The notes under the pieces: model-generated
What the model was told of the DNA's origin: nothing
Databases searched by the model: none
Seen by the model: only the letters and a program-made list of their open reading frames with translations
NCBI GenBank assembly: GCA_965223845.1
Contig: CBDCXR010000004.1
Span: 7,264,001-7,328,000 of the forward strand
DNA length: 64,000 nt
Direction: 5' to 3'
Source of the DNA: Planctomycetota bacterium
GTDB taxonomy: Bacteria; Planctomycetota; UBA8108; SXIK01
Shown here: positions 29,536 through 41,118 of the stretch, one piece after another
How the letters are laid out: every line of letters starts with the position of its first letter
Position numbering within the stretch: the stretch's first letter is position 1
Made by a program: the position numbers and the translations under genes

Positions 29536-30624
29536 TTACCGGACCGAGACCCGCCTCCGGTCGTGCTTCTCAAGGAGCGCGCGAACGTGCTCGCCGAGCT
29601 TCGCCGGAGCGCGGAAGAGCATCCGATTGCCGCGCTTCATGAGGACGATGTTCACTCGCTCCCGCTCGGCGGGTGTGAGCTCCCCGAGCGCCGCGTCGCG
29701 AAGCTGTTTCACGGGACGAACGACTCCGATATACGAGAACAGTCGGGGGCGGTTGGGATCGGGATGGTCCCGTTCGGCGACGAGCTTCTCGAGTTGCTCG
29801 ATCAGGCGCTGCTTCGGCGCGCGCACGAAGATCTTGCCGAGCGACTCGACCGGGACGGCTCGAATGTGCGGGCCCTTCTCCCCTCGTTTCGCGTTGTATT
29901 TCTCGACCGCTCGCTGAATCGTCTCGTTCACGCGGCGAAACTGCTCCGCGGAGATCGTGAGGATCGTCGTGTAACGCGGCTCGCGCGGCTCCCAAGCCGG
30001 ATTCGTCGTCGCGACGAACGTCACCCCGCGCTTTTCGTGTTCTTCGCGGAACAGGTAGACGCGATGGACTGCGAGGAGAACCTTCAGCTCCTCGAGAGTG
30101 AATTCGCGCCCGGCCACTCCCGGTGCGATGTAGATTTCGCGGTCGCGGACCGCGGCGTTCTCGATGCGCGTCGGGTGTCCGCCGAGACGACCGGCGAGCT
30201 CGACGAGGAGCGGTGCCGGGTAGACACCCGCCCTCGGAAGGGCGATCCGCTGGGGGAGCGGTTCGTCGTCGGCGGTTCGGCGGAGACGCGCCCTCCGCGA
30301 TGGCACCGCTGCGCCTTGCTTCGATCCCTTCCCCCTTCCGTCTGCGTTCGCATCGCGCGTCGAACCGAGACCACCTGCGCTGCGAGGTTCGCCTGCAGGC
30401 GCCGCGGTCTCTCCGCGTGCTTCTGGCGCTTCGGAACGCGGTCGATCGGTGGGAGGAGCGTCCGCGACCGGCTTCGCGTCTTGGGTTTTCTTCTCCTGGG
30501 GGGCCGCCGCGAGCGAGCCCGGTTCGGTGAGCGCGCTTGCGAACACGACGACGATGACCCGTGCGACCGTGGCGCACGCTCGCGAAGAACGGACGGAGGG
30601 CTGAGTCCCAGAGGTGATGGTCAT
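29536..30624 (-). CDS. Exported protein resembling secretin N-terminal (N0/NolW-like) domains without a secretin core
   Basis: Signal-like N-terminus; HIRAVPVESLGKIFVRAPKQRLIEQLEKLVAERDHP and VNIVLMKRGNRMLFRAPAKLGEHVRALLEKHD resemble NolW repeats. Confidence 0.5.
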   Translation of the reverse strand: MTITSGTQPSVRSSRACATVARVIVVVFASALTEPGSLAAAPQEKKTQDAKPVADAPPTDRPRSEAPEARGETAAPAGEPRSAGGLGSTRDANADGRGKGSKQGAAVPSRRARLRRTADDEPLPQRIALPRAGVYPAPLLVELAGRLGGHPTRIENAAVRDREIYIAPGVAGREFTLEELKVLLAVHRVYLFREEHEKRGVTFVATTNPAWEPREPRYTTILTISAEQFRRVNETIQRAVEKYNAKRGEKGPHIRAVPVESLGKIFVRAPKQRLIEQLEKLVAERDHPDPNRPRLFSYIGVVRPVKQLRDAALGELTPAERERVNIVLMKRGNRMLFRAPAKLGEHVRALLEKHDRRRVSVR

Positions 30625-30682
30625 CGGAATCGAATCTCCCTTCGCCGCGTCGAAGCCCGCGCCTGGCGGCGGCTGCGCGCGG

Positions 30683-32544
<1,862 letters not shown>

Positions 32545-32557
<13 letters not shown>

Positions 32558-34350
32558 GCGAAGTTCTCCACGCGAAACGGTTCGGCGGGCCGACCTTCGA
32601 CCCGAACCCGCTCGAGCGCCACGGTGTAGGGACTCGTCGACGCCGTCTGGAGGACGGGATAGCCGCGTCCCCAATCATCGCCCTCGAGCGTCGCCACGAT
32701 GAGCCGGCGCCTGCGCGAAGCGACGCGGACAGTGACTTCGACGCGCGTCCGGCCGCCGGCCGGAATGAAATCGAGCGCGACGCCGAGGTCGCCGCGACCG
32801 AGCGGAGCCGCGCGGCGGAGACCATCGAACGCCCGCACTTCGAGGTCATCGATCCGGACGGGCACTCCCGCGCGCCAGGCTTCGATCGGTGCGTCGGGAC
32901 GCAGTTCCCGCGGACGAATGCGTACGCGGAGCTCGCGCTTCGCCGGGGCGTCGGGCGCGACGATGCTGAGCGACAGATCGAAGCGCCCGGTGTCTTGGCG
33001 GATCCAAAGCTCGACCCTCTCGAGCGGATCGAAGGCGAACGGAAATGCGAAGGGCTCGACGAGCGACTCGTCCCACGAAAGCGCCGCTTCGGCGTCGCTT
33101 CCCCCGCCCGCACCGAGCTCGGGCCGAACTCCGCTCACGGAAGCCGTCGACGAGAGCGCGAGCACCCGGCGAACGACCTCGAGCGGCGGTGTACCCGGCG
33201 GAGGCGTCGCGAAGCGAACGTCGAGCTCGACCCTGCCGTCGGGGCGCTCCGTGAACCAGGGTCCGAGCGCCGCTGCGGCGAGCGCGCGCGTCTCGTCTCG
33301 CGCCGGGAGTGTGAGCGACACGATCGTCACCGCGAGTGTGACGGCGGCGAGGGCGCCTACCGCCCAGCGCAGGACGCGGCGGCCGCGCCGCGGCCGCCGC
33401 GGTCGCCGCGCGGCGTGATTCGGTTCATCGCCGCGCGCAACGGCGTCGAGATCCTCGATGAGCTGATCGTAGTTCGGGTAGCGGTGCGCCGGGGACTTCT
33501 CGAGCATGCGGAGGACGACGCGAGCCACGGCGTCCGGCACGTCCGCGCGCTGCTCCCTGGGATGGGGCGTCGCTTCGTTGACGTGGGCGACGATCACCGA
33601 GACGTGCGAATCGCCTTCAAACGGGGGCCGTCCCGTCAGGAAGTGATACATCGTCGCGCCGAGCGAGTAGATGTCCGACCGGTGATCGACCTTTCGTCCG
33701 CGTCCCTGCTCGGGAGAGATGTAGTGAGGCGTCCCGAGGACGAGGCCCTCTTGGGTGAGCGAGTTCTCCGCGCCGCCGATATCCTTGGCGAGGCCGAAGT
33801 CGACGATCTTGACGTGGTCGTCCGGAGTGACGAGGAGATTCGACGGCTTGACGTCGCGGTGGATGAGGTTTTTCGCGGCGGCCTCGCGGAGTCCCGCCGC
33901 CGCGTCGCGGATCCACGCGATGGCGCGGTCGACGTCGAGCGGCCCGCTCTCGTCGAGAATCTCGTCCGCCGAGAGCCCGTCGACGAGCTCCATGACGATG
34001 TAGGTCGTGGGCGGAGCGCCGGCGGTGGCGGCAGTTTCTTGAATGCCGTAGATCTGCACGACGGCGGGATGCGAGAGGCTCGCGACCGCCCGCGCCTCGC
34101 GCCGAAAGCGCGTCCGATAACTCTCCTCGTCGGAGTACTGCGGACGGAGCACCTTCACCGCGACGTCTCGCGCGAGATCGTCGTCGCGACAGTGGTAGAC
34201 GATTCCCATGCTTCCCGTGCCGAGCTGCCGGACGACCCGGTAGGGGCCGATCCGCTCGGGGAGACGACCACCGTCCTCGATCGACCGTGCGAACATCGCA
34301 TCCGTCGATCCGGTCCAGAGGGGTCGCTGCGGAGGCAGGGTTTCATCCAT
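32545..34350 (-). CDS. Membrane-anchored Hanks-type Ser/Thr protein kinase
   Basis: LGTGSMGIVY, VAVKVL, IHRDVKPSNLL, DFGLAK, GTPHYISPEQ, DIYSLG; TM segment and extracytoplasmic domain; 13-bp overlap with the FHA activator. Confidence 0.93.
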
Positions 34351-34488
34351 AACAATATATATCGTAGGTTTTTACGAAGACCTTGGCGTTGATTCTGTGC
34401 ATGAGAATCATACACATCGTACCCCGGGCGGGCCGGGGTTCGTACGCGGAATCTCCAGGTTCGCCGAGGCGTGCCCTCGGCGCGAGTC

Positions 34489-35244
34489 TCAGCGGATCGT
34501 GCGGAGCGCCGACGCCTTCCTGGCGGCGCGGGTCTCGCCGCTCCGCCGGCCGCAGACGAAGAGTGCGGTCAGCCACCAGTGATCCGCGAGCGTCCGGAGG
34601 ACTCCTACTCGTTCCCACCGCCGGGTCGATGCGCTGACGCACTCCGGAAGGATCGAGAACCCTCCGCGGCGACGGACGGCCCGGACGAGCTGAAGGTCAG
34701 CGAGAAAGCCGTCTTCCCGAAACCCGCCGACCGCTTCGAACGCGTCGCGGCGAACGAAGATCGCCTGATCTCCGAAGGGCCCGACGCCCAGACGATTCCG
34801 CAGCGCGGCCCCGCGTGCGATGAAGCGATAGGAGCGCCGGTCGGAGTCGAACGCGAGTGAGAAGGCGCCGCCGGCGGAACGCTCCATCGCAGAGATCGCG
34901 GCGGCCGCTCCGTTCGGTGGAAAGCGCACGTCGGCGTAGTGGAAGACGAAGCCGTCTCCCGAGGCCTGCGCGGCGCCCACGTTCAGTTGCGCGAAGAGTC
35001 CCCGCTCCGATCGCAGAACCACGTCCGCCATCCCCTTCGCGATGTCGATCGTGCCGTCGCGGCTGCCGCCGTCGACGACGATGAGCTCGTCGACCCCGCC
35101 CGCGCGAAGGCTGTCGAGGGAAGCTGCGACCGTCGACTCTTCGTCGAGCGTCGGGACCACGGCGGAGAGACGCGCGATGCGGGTGCGGTCCTGCTCGTGC
35201 GCCGGTTGCTCGAGAGTGGGCTCAAAGGAGGCGGAGCGCGTCAT
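34489..35244 (-). CDS. Family 2 glycosyltransferase (TIGR04283-like)
   Basis: LSAVVPTLDEE, VVDGGSRDGT, QLNVGA, FGDQAIFVRRDAFEAVGGF, STRRW. Confidence 0.85.
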   Translation of the reverse strand: MTRSASFEPTLEQPAHEQDRTRIARLSAVVPTLDEESTVAASLDSLRAGGVDELIVVDGGSRDGTIDIAKGMADVVLRSERGLFAQLNVGAAQASGDGFVFHYADVRFPPNGAAAAISAMERSAGGAFSLAFDSDRRSYRFIARGAALRNRLGVGPFGDQAIFVRRDAFEAVGGFREDGFLADLQLVRAVRRRGGFSILPECVSASTRRWERVGVLRTLADHWWLTALFVCGRRSGETRAARKASALRTIR

Positions 35245-35308
35245 GAATTCGATCATCCGCGCGTGGCTGGCGGGAGGGAAGGAGATTCCCGCCGATCGAG
35301 CGTTCGAG

Positions 35309-36640
35309 CTAGGCCGGAAAGCATCGCCCGAAGCGGAGGAAGAGTCGCAGGGATCCGCGCACTCGGATGTTTCGCCGAAGGAGCGCCCAGACGATGTTCG
35401 TCTCGTGCGCGAGGAAGGCTAACCAGGTCGCGGTGTCGGCCCGTACGAAGAGGTCCGGAGTGCCTACGTGTCCGCGAGTTACCTCGATCGTCCCGTCTCG
35501 GATGACGATCGTCGCTTCTCGCTTCTCTTCGCCGGTGAAGGTGAAGTGATAGGTCGCGTTTAGATCGCCGGCGCGGCCCGGCTGAAACACGAGCGGAAGA
35601 CCGGACAGGAACTGTCCGAGTGTACGCGGGCGGAGACTGTTTCCGACGGTTCGCAGGCGCTTGTGCGGAAAACGTTTCGCGACGTGGTGCTCGGCGTCGG
35701 AGTTACTGAGCACGTACACCGGTTCTTCCTTTTGCTGGAGCGGCTTCAAGATCTCGCGGACGTGGCGCGGGCGGTCGTCGAGATACGGTCCGATCACTTC
35801 CTCGCCCGCGGGACACACAGCGAGGCAGTACGCGGCCTTGTAGTTTGCGCCGTGCGAAAGACTCTGCCACATCGAGGCGGACTCGGCGTCGTTCACTCGC
35901 CGGCGATAGTCGATCGCACTCTTACTCGCTGCGACTTGCTCGACCCAGTCGGTGAATCCGCCCATGAATTCGCGATAGTTGTGCGTGTAGCAAGCCGCGA
36001 AGTTGAACCGTCCGTCCGCCGCGATCGCGCCGACCGGGCACGCGGCGACGCAGAGCTTGCACTCGAGGCAGGGATTGAACTCGACGGGCTCGCCGTACTC
36101 GGACACCTCGCGCGAAAGGAGCACGGTACCGAGAAGCACGAAGTTTCCGAACCGAGGGTGGATGAGATTTCGGTGAACACCGATTTCCCCGAGGCCCGCT
36201 GCGACCGCGACCGGTTTGTGGGAGACGACCCAAAGCTTCCCCGGGAACTCTTCCATCTCCATCGGAAAGCCCATCGCCGGGGCCATCGCGCGCACACCGC
36301 GCTCTTCGAGCGCACGAACGATCGTGCGCGCGACGCGATCGACGTCGTCACCCGTCTCGTGAAACTCGAGATTCGCGACCGACCGGGCGGGGGTGCGAAT
36401 CGGTTCGCGATTCATGCGGACGACGAAGCTGAGAAGCGCCCTCGTCGCCGGAAAGTGCTGGAGGATGTCCGCGCGCTGGTCGGCGAGCTCGGATCGGTCG
36501 ATGGGGACGAATCCGACATCGTCGGCTCCGGCGTCGAGCGCGAGGCGGCGGAGCCACTCAGCGTCGAGCGGAGTGTCGTCGAGAGGGGGCGGCGGGGTGG
36601 AGCGTACGCGCTTTACCGTCGGGTGCTCGGCGAGATTCAT
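35309..36640 (-). CDS. QueG/reductive-dehalogenase-like 4Fe-4S protein fused to an SCP2 lipid-binding domain
   Basis: GADDVGF, SHKPVAVAAGLGEIGVHRNLIHPRFG, CLECKLCVAACP, YCLAVCP; C-terminal ATYHFTFTG...IRVRGSL is SCP2-like. Confidence 0.75.
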   Translation of the reverse strand: MNLAEHPTVKRVRSTPPPPLDDTPLDAEWLRRLALDAGADDVGFVPIDRSELADQRADILQHFPATRALLSFVVRMNREPIRTPARSVANLEFHETGDDVDRVARTIVRALEERGVRAMAPAMGFPMEMEEFPGKLWVVSHKPVAVAAGLGEIGVHRNLIHPRFGNFVLLGTVLLSREVSEYGEPVEFNPCLECKLCVAACPVGAIAADGRFNFAACYTHNYREFMGGFTDWVEQVAASKSAIDYRRRVNDAESASMWQSLSHGANYKAAYCLAVCPAGEEVIGPYLDDRPRHVREILKPLQQKEEPVYVLSNSDAEHHVAKRFPHKRLRTVGNSLRPRTLGQFLSGLPLVFQPGRAGDLNATYHFTFTGEEKREATIVIRDGTIEVTRGHVGTPDLFVRADTATWLAFLAHETNIVWALLRRNIRVRGSLRLFLRFGRCFPA

Positions 36641-36665
36641 CGGACCTCCTTTGCGGCTGATTTGA

Positions 36666-36677
36666 TTGTATATACAA
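36666..36677. promoter_or_regulatory. Palindromic operator TTGTATATACAA (copy 1)
   Basis: Perfect 12-bp palindrome upstream of the 4Fe-4S/SCP2 gene, repeated upstream of the MarR gene. Confidence 0.7.
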
Positions 36678-36701
36678 ATAAAGATCGCAAAAAAACTCGC
36701 C

Positions 36702-37166
36702 TCACTTCGCCGACAGACGCTCCGTCGCGCGGCGGAGGAACTTGGCCCCCTCCGGGCCGACGAGCTCGGTCGCCAGCTGCTGCGCGTCCGCCCAGCGCGG
36801 CGCGGCTCGGGCGAGGAGCCGTCGCCCGGCGGGCGTCAGGCGGAACGGCTGCGCGCGTCCGTCGTCGTCGCTCAGCACCTCGATCCAGCCCCGGGCTTTC
36901 ATGCGGTCGACGTTCCGGCTGAGCGTCGAGCCGTCGAGGTGGAGATGCCGGCACACATCGGCGGGCCGCGCGACATCCAGCTTGGCCGTCGCGACGAGGA
37001 TGTTCATTTGGCTCACCTTGAGCTCGAGCGGGCGGAGGGCCTCGTCGTAGATCTGCGTGACCGCACGATTCAGCATGCGGAGACGGGAGGCGATACATTC
37101 CGCGGCGATGTCGTCGGGCGTCGGAGGGCCCGTCTTCGAGCGGCGGCGAGATTTCGGATCGGGCAT
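36702..37166 (-). CDS. MarR-family transcriptional regulator
   Basis: CIASRLRMLNRAVTQIYDEALRPLELKVSQMNIL, LDGSTLSRNVDRMKARGWI, LTPAG. Confidence 0.9.
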   Translation of the reverse strand: MPDPKSRRRSKTGPPTPDDIAAECIASRLRMLNRAVTQIYDEALRPLELKVSQMNILVATAKLDVARPADVCRHLHLDGSTLSRNVDRMKARGWIEVLSDDDGRAQPFRLTPAGRRLLARAAPRWADAQQLATELVGPEGAKFLRRATERLSAK

Positions 37167-37214
37167 GGCGAAGTTCTGTTCGCAGACGGCCAGAGTGTCC
37201 GGCACGACAATAAA

Positions 37215-37228
37215 ATTGTATATACAAT
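37215..37228. promoter_or_regulatory. Palindromic operator ATTGTATATACAAT (copy 2)
   Basis: Perfect 14-bp palindrome about 50 bp upstream of the MarR start. Confidence 0.7.
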
Positions 37229-37274
37229 CATCATGGCGCGCAAGGACGAAATTCCGTGCGGGGACGAGCGCGAA

Positions 37275-38900
37275 TCAGACCGCCGTCGGCGCCGCGCCTT
37301 TCGGCGCGCTCGAGCCGAGCCCGACGCGCTCGCGGAGAAGACCGTAGCGGATGCTATCGCGGAGGGCCGTCCACGAGGCTTCGATGATGTTCTCGCTGGC
37401 GCCGACCGTCCCCCAGACCTCGCCCGTCGTGCGGTCCTTCGACTGAATCGTCACGCAGACCTTCGCGTGCGTCGCTTCCTGCGCATTGATGATGCGTACG
37501 CGATAGTCTTGGAGAACGATGTCGTCGAGCTCCGGATAGAAGCCGCGCAGCGATTGCCGGAGCGCGGCGTCGAGCGCGTCCACGGGACCGACCCCCTCTC
37601 CGACCGAGAGCTGTTCGGTGCCGTCGACCCGCACCTTCACCGTCGCTTCGGTAAACGTTCCGCCGCTCGCCCGGTGCTCGACCGCCGTCCGGTAGCGCAC
37701 GAGATCGAACAGCTCGGGAACTTCGCCGAGGTGCTTGAGCACGATCAGCGTCGCGGACGCCTCGGCCGCCTCGAAGACGTAGCCCTCGTTCTCGAGCTCC
37801 TTGATCTCCTGTACGGCGAGCTGCGCCGCTTCGGGCCGCTTCGAGAGATCGACTCCTTCAGCGCCGGCGAGGTGCTGCGTATTCGACTTTCCCGAGAGCT
37901 CCGAGATGAGAACGCGGCGCGAGTTCCCGACCGTCTCGGGCTCGATGTGTTCGTAGGAATGCGCGACCTTCATCACGCTGTTGACGTGCACGCCGCCCTT
38001 GTGGGCAAACGCCATCTGGCCGACGTAGGGCTCGTTCTCGGGAAAGACGAGATTCGCGACTGCGTGCACGTAGCGCGCGGTGTGACTCAAGTTGGGGAGG
38101 GCGTCCTCGCCCATCGAGAGCTCGCAGTCCATCTTGAGAAGGAGATTCGGAATGATCGCCGTCAGGTCGGCGTTCCCGCAGCGCTCCCCGAGTCCATTGA
38201 ACGTCCCCTGAACGTGGACGGCCCCGGCTTCCACCGCCTTGAGGGCGTTGGCGACCGCGACGCCGGTGTCGTTGTGGGGGTGCATCCCGACTCGAGCCGT
38301 CGGGCAGGCCTTGCGGACAGCGTCGATGATCTCACCGAGCTCCGTCGGCAGCGTCCCGCCGTTCGTGTCACAGAGAACGAGGCAGTCCGCTCCGCCGCGG
38401 ATCGCCGCCTCGAGCGTCGCGATCGCGTAACTCGGGTCGTCCTTGTAGCCGTCGAAGAAGTGTTCCGCGTCGTAGACGACCTCGCGTCCCTCGCCGAGGA
38501 GATAGCGGACGGAGTTCTCGATCATGCGCAGGTTTTCGTCGAGCGTCGTTCGAAACACATCGGTCACGTGGAGCTTCCACGACTTCCCGAAGATCGTGAC
38601 GACGGGCGTCTCAACCTCGAGGAGCGCTTGGATGTTGCGGTCATCCGCGGGGTCGGAGCCCGCGCGGCACGTGCTGCCGAACGCCGCGAGCTTCGTGTGC
38701 TCGAGGTCGACGTCGCGCGCGGCCTTGAAGAACTCGATGTCCTTCGGGTTGGATCCCGGCCATCCGCCTTCGACGAAGTCCACCCGGAACTCATCGAGCG
38801 CCTTGAGGATATTGAGTTTATCGACGAGGGAGAACGAAACTCCTTCGCCCTGCGAGCCGTCGCGGAGGGTCGTGTCGTAGATGTCGATCTTCTGCTTCAT
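37275..38900 (-). CDS. cimA: Citramalate synthase
   Basis: YDTTLRDGSQGEG, EGGWPGSNPKD, AAFGST, GKSWKLHV, YDAEHFFDGYK, AFAHKGGVHV, ISELSGKSN. Confidence 0.9.
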   Translation of the reverse strand: MKQKIDIYDTTLRDGSQGEGVSFSLVDKLNILKALDEFRVDFVEGGWPGSNPKDIEFFKAARDVDLEHTKLAAFGSTCRAGSDPADDRNIQALLEVETPVVTIFGKSWKLHVTDVFRTTLDENLRMIENSVRYLLGEGREVVYDAEHFFDGYKDDPSYAIATLEAAIRGGADCLVLCDTNGGTLPTELGEIIDAVRKACPTARVGMHPHNDTGVAVANALKAVEAGAVHVQGTFNGLGERCGNADLTAIIPNLLLKMDCELSMGEDALPNLSHTARYVHAVANLVFPENEPYVGQMAFAHKGGVHVNSVMKVAHSYEHIEPETVGNSRRVLISELSGKSNTQHLAGAEGVDLSKRPEAAQLAVQEIKELENEGYVFEAAEASATLIVLKHLGEVPELFDLVRYRTAVEHRASGGTFTEATVKVRVDGTEQLSVGEGVGPVDALDAALRQSLRGFYPELDDIVLQDYRVRIINAQEATHAKVCVTIQSKDRTTGEVWGTVGASENIIEASWTALRDSIRYGLLRERVGLGSSAPKGAAPTAV

Positions 38901-38930
38901 CGGTCGTCTCTGCTGCGAGCTAGCTGCTAC

Positions 38931-38974
38931 CCCTCAAACACGGGCGATTCGTCGGGACCGTCCGTGTTTGAGGG
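38931..38974. repeat. Intergenic inverted repeat (13-bp perfect stem)
   Basis: CCCTCAAACACGG at 38931-38943 and CCGTGTTTGAGGG at 38962-38974, between leuA and cimA. Confidence 0.7.
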
Positions 38975-39054
38975 CCAAAACGAGCCGAGGGCTCGCTCGT
39001 CGGGATGAATCAGGCGCGGCGCTGCCGTGCCGGTGAGGGTCTTGCCGAACCTCC

Positions 39055-40635
39055 TCAGTTGGCGCGGCGTTCGGAGCGGCGATCCGACTCGCTCTCGTTC
39101 ATTCGACGCTGGAAGTTGAGCGCGCGGTTCGCGCCCTTCACCATCGCATGCACGGAGGCGAGGATCACATCGCCGTCGATTGCCTCGCCGCGGAAGGCGC
39201 TCTTCTCGTCGGTACTGAATCGGATGTGGGCGTGCGCGAGCGCGTCGGTTCCGCCGGTGATGGCCTTCAGGCCGTACTCTTCGAGCTTCAGGCGGTGGCC
39301 GAGGTTCGAGCTGAGGACCGACGAGATCGCACGGGCCGCCGCATCGACGGGGCCGACGCCCGTCCCGGTACCGATCGCCTCTTCGCCGTTCAGCTCGAGC
39401 TTCACGGTCGCGCTCGCCGTGAAGTTGTTCCCGGTCATCACCGAGAGCTCCTTCAGCTCGACGAGACGCTCGTCGCTCGTCCGATCGTCCAGGACCTCCG
39501 CCGCGAACGCGAGCACGTCGTCTTCCTCGACGGACTTGTTCTTATCCGCGGCGTCCTTCACGCGCTTCACGACATCGCGCAGTTGATCCTTGTCGAGCGA
39601 GTACCCGCGGTTCTTCAAGATCTCTTCGACCGCGTGGACGCCCGAGTGCTTTCCAATGACGAGCTGACGACCGGACCACCCGACGTCCTCCGCCTTGAGG
39701 ATCTCGTACGTGCGGCGATCCTGGATCACGCCGTGCTGGTGGATGCCGGCCTCGTGCGCGAACGCGTTCTCGCCCACGATCGCCTTGTTGCGCTGAACCT
39801 CGATACCCGTGAGGCTCGCGACGAGACGACTCGTACTCCAGATTTCCTTCGTGTTGATATCCGTATCCGCGCCGTAGCTATCGCTCCGCAGTCGGATCGC
39901 CATGACGACTTCCTCGAGCGAAGTGTTGCCGGCGCGCTCACCGATACCGTTGATCGTGCATTCGATCTGATCGCACCCGGCCTGCATCGCCGCCAGCGAG
40001 TTGGCGACGGCGAGCCCGAGGTCGTTGTGACAGTGGATGCTGAGCGTCGCCCTTTCGATTCCGGGGACGTTCTCTCGCACGTGACGGATGCGGTCCGAGA
40101 TCTCATTCGGCGTCGCGTAGCCGACGGTGTCGGGGATGTTGATCGTCGTCGCGCCGGCGTCGATCGCTGCTTCGACCACGCGGCACATGAAGTCGAGATC
40201 AGTGCGCGAGCAATCCTCGGGCGAAAACTCGACGTCGTCCGTGTAGTTCCGTGCGAGTCGCACGCACTTCACCGCCGCGTCGATGACCTGGTCGGGCGAC
40301 ATCTGCAGCTTCTTATCCATGTGGAGCTGCGACGTGGCGATGAAAACGTGGATGCGCCGCTTCTCGGCGGGTTCGAGCGCGCGACCGGCCGCCGTGATGT
40401 CGTCGTTTCGAGCCCGCGCGAGGCCGCAGATCGTCGGACCGTGCACGTTCTCGGCGATCGTCCGCACGCTGTCGAAATCTCCGCGCGAGCTGATGGGGAA
40501 GCCGGCCTCGATGATGTCGACACCGAGTCGCTCAAGCTGCCGCGCGATGACGAGCTTCTCGTCGACGTTCATGCTGGCACCTGGACTCTGTTCGCCGTCC
40601 CGCAGGGTGGTGTCGAAGATCTTGATGCGCCTCAT
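39055..40635 (-). CDS. leuA: 2-isopropylmalate synthase
   Basis: FDTTLRDGEQSPG, IEAGFP, PDTVG, HCHNDLGLAVANS, NGIGERAGN, AHEAGIHQHG, regulatory domain GPVDAA. Confidence 0.94.
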   Translation of the reverse strand: MRRIKIFDTTLRDGEQSPGASMNVDEKLVIARQLERLGVDIIEAGFPISSRGDFDSVRTIAENVHGPTICGLARARNDDITAAGRALEPAEKRRIHVFIATSQLHMDKKLQMSPDQVIDAAVKCVRLARNYTDDVEFSPEDCSRTDLDFMCRVVEAAIDAGATTINIPDTVGYATPNEISDRIRHVRENVPGIERATLSIHCHNDLGLAVANSLAAMQAGCDQIECTINGIGERAGNTSLEEVVMAIRLRSDSYGADTDINTKEIWSTSRLVASLTGIEVQRNKAIVGENAFAHEAGIHQHGVIQDRRTYEILKAEDVGWSGRQLVIGKHSGVHAVEEILKNRGYSLDKDQLRDVVKRVKDAADKNKSVEEDDVLAFAAEVLDDRTSDERLVELKELSVMTGNNFTASATVKLELNGEEAIGTGTGVGPVDAAARAISSVLSSNLGHRLKLEEYGLKAITGGTDALAHAHIRFSTDEKSAFRGEAIDGDVILASVHAMVKGANRALNFQRRMNESESDRRSERRAN

Positions 40636-40728
40636 GGCTTCACCTGGAATACAAGAGCCGGACTCGCGCACCCGCCACGCGCGGGCGAGAAGTCAGGCGG
40701 TGGACGAGAGATTTGCTTCCGAATGACC

Positions 40729-40761
40729 AAAAAAAAACCCGCTGGCCGGGAGGACAGCGGG
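40729..40761 (-). terminator. Attenuator terminator upstream of leuA
   Basis: Minus strand CCCGCTG-tcctcccggc-CAGCGGG followed by 9 T. Confidence 0.8.
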
Positions 40762-40785
40762 CGGCAACTGAAACTGAGCGTTCGC

Positions 40786-40953
40786 TCAATGGCCTCCCGC
40801 CTCCCGAAGGAGGCAGCTAATCGTAAGGAGGAGAGCGATCGCCGAAGCGGAGTCACGGCTCGTCGGGCTGTTCGATGAGCAGGCGCTCACGGCGGCGGTC
40901 GAGGCCGGCCGTGCTTCCGTAGCGATAGTTCGCTGCGCGCTGCGAGCTGACAT
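40786..40953 (-). CDS. Putative Leu/Ile attenuation leader peptide
   Basis: Hand translation MSARSAQRTIATEARPASTAAVSACSSNSPTSRDSASAIALLLTISCLLREAGGH*; all five Leu cluster just before the stop; alternative GTG start at 40890. Confidence 0.65.
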   Translation of the reverse strand: MSARSAQRTIATEARPASTAAVSACSSNSPTSRDSASAIALLLTISCLLREAGGH

Positions 40954-41118
40954 GAGCGAGACGTCTCCGCGAGAATTCGAGCTTCGGGGGAACTCGAGGA
41001 AAGGCTTCGGTCTCCACCTCTATCGGTAGGAGGGCGCGCTTCCTTCGACTTCATTCCGGGGAAATCTACAACAACCGATCAGTTTAGTCCCGAAGTTTCG
41101 CCGATGTCAACGAGGATT

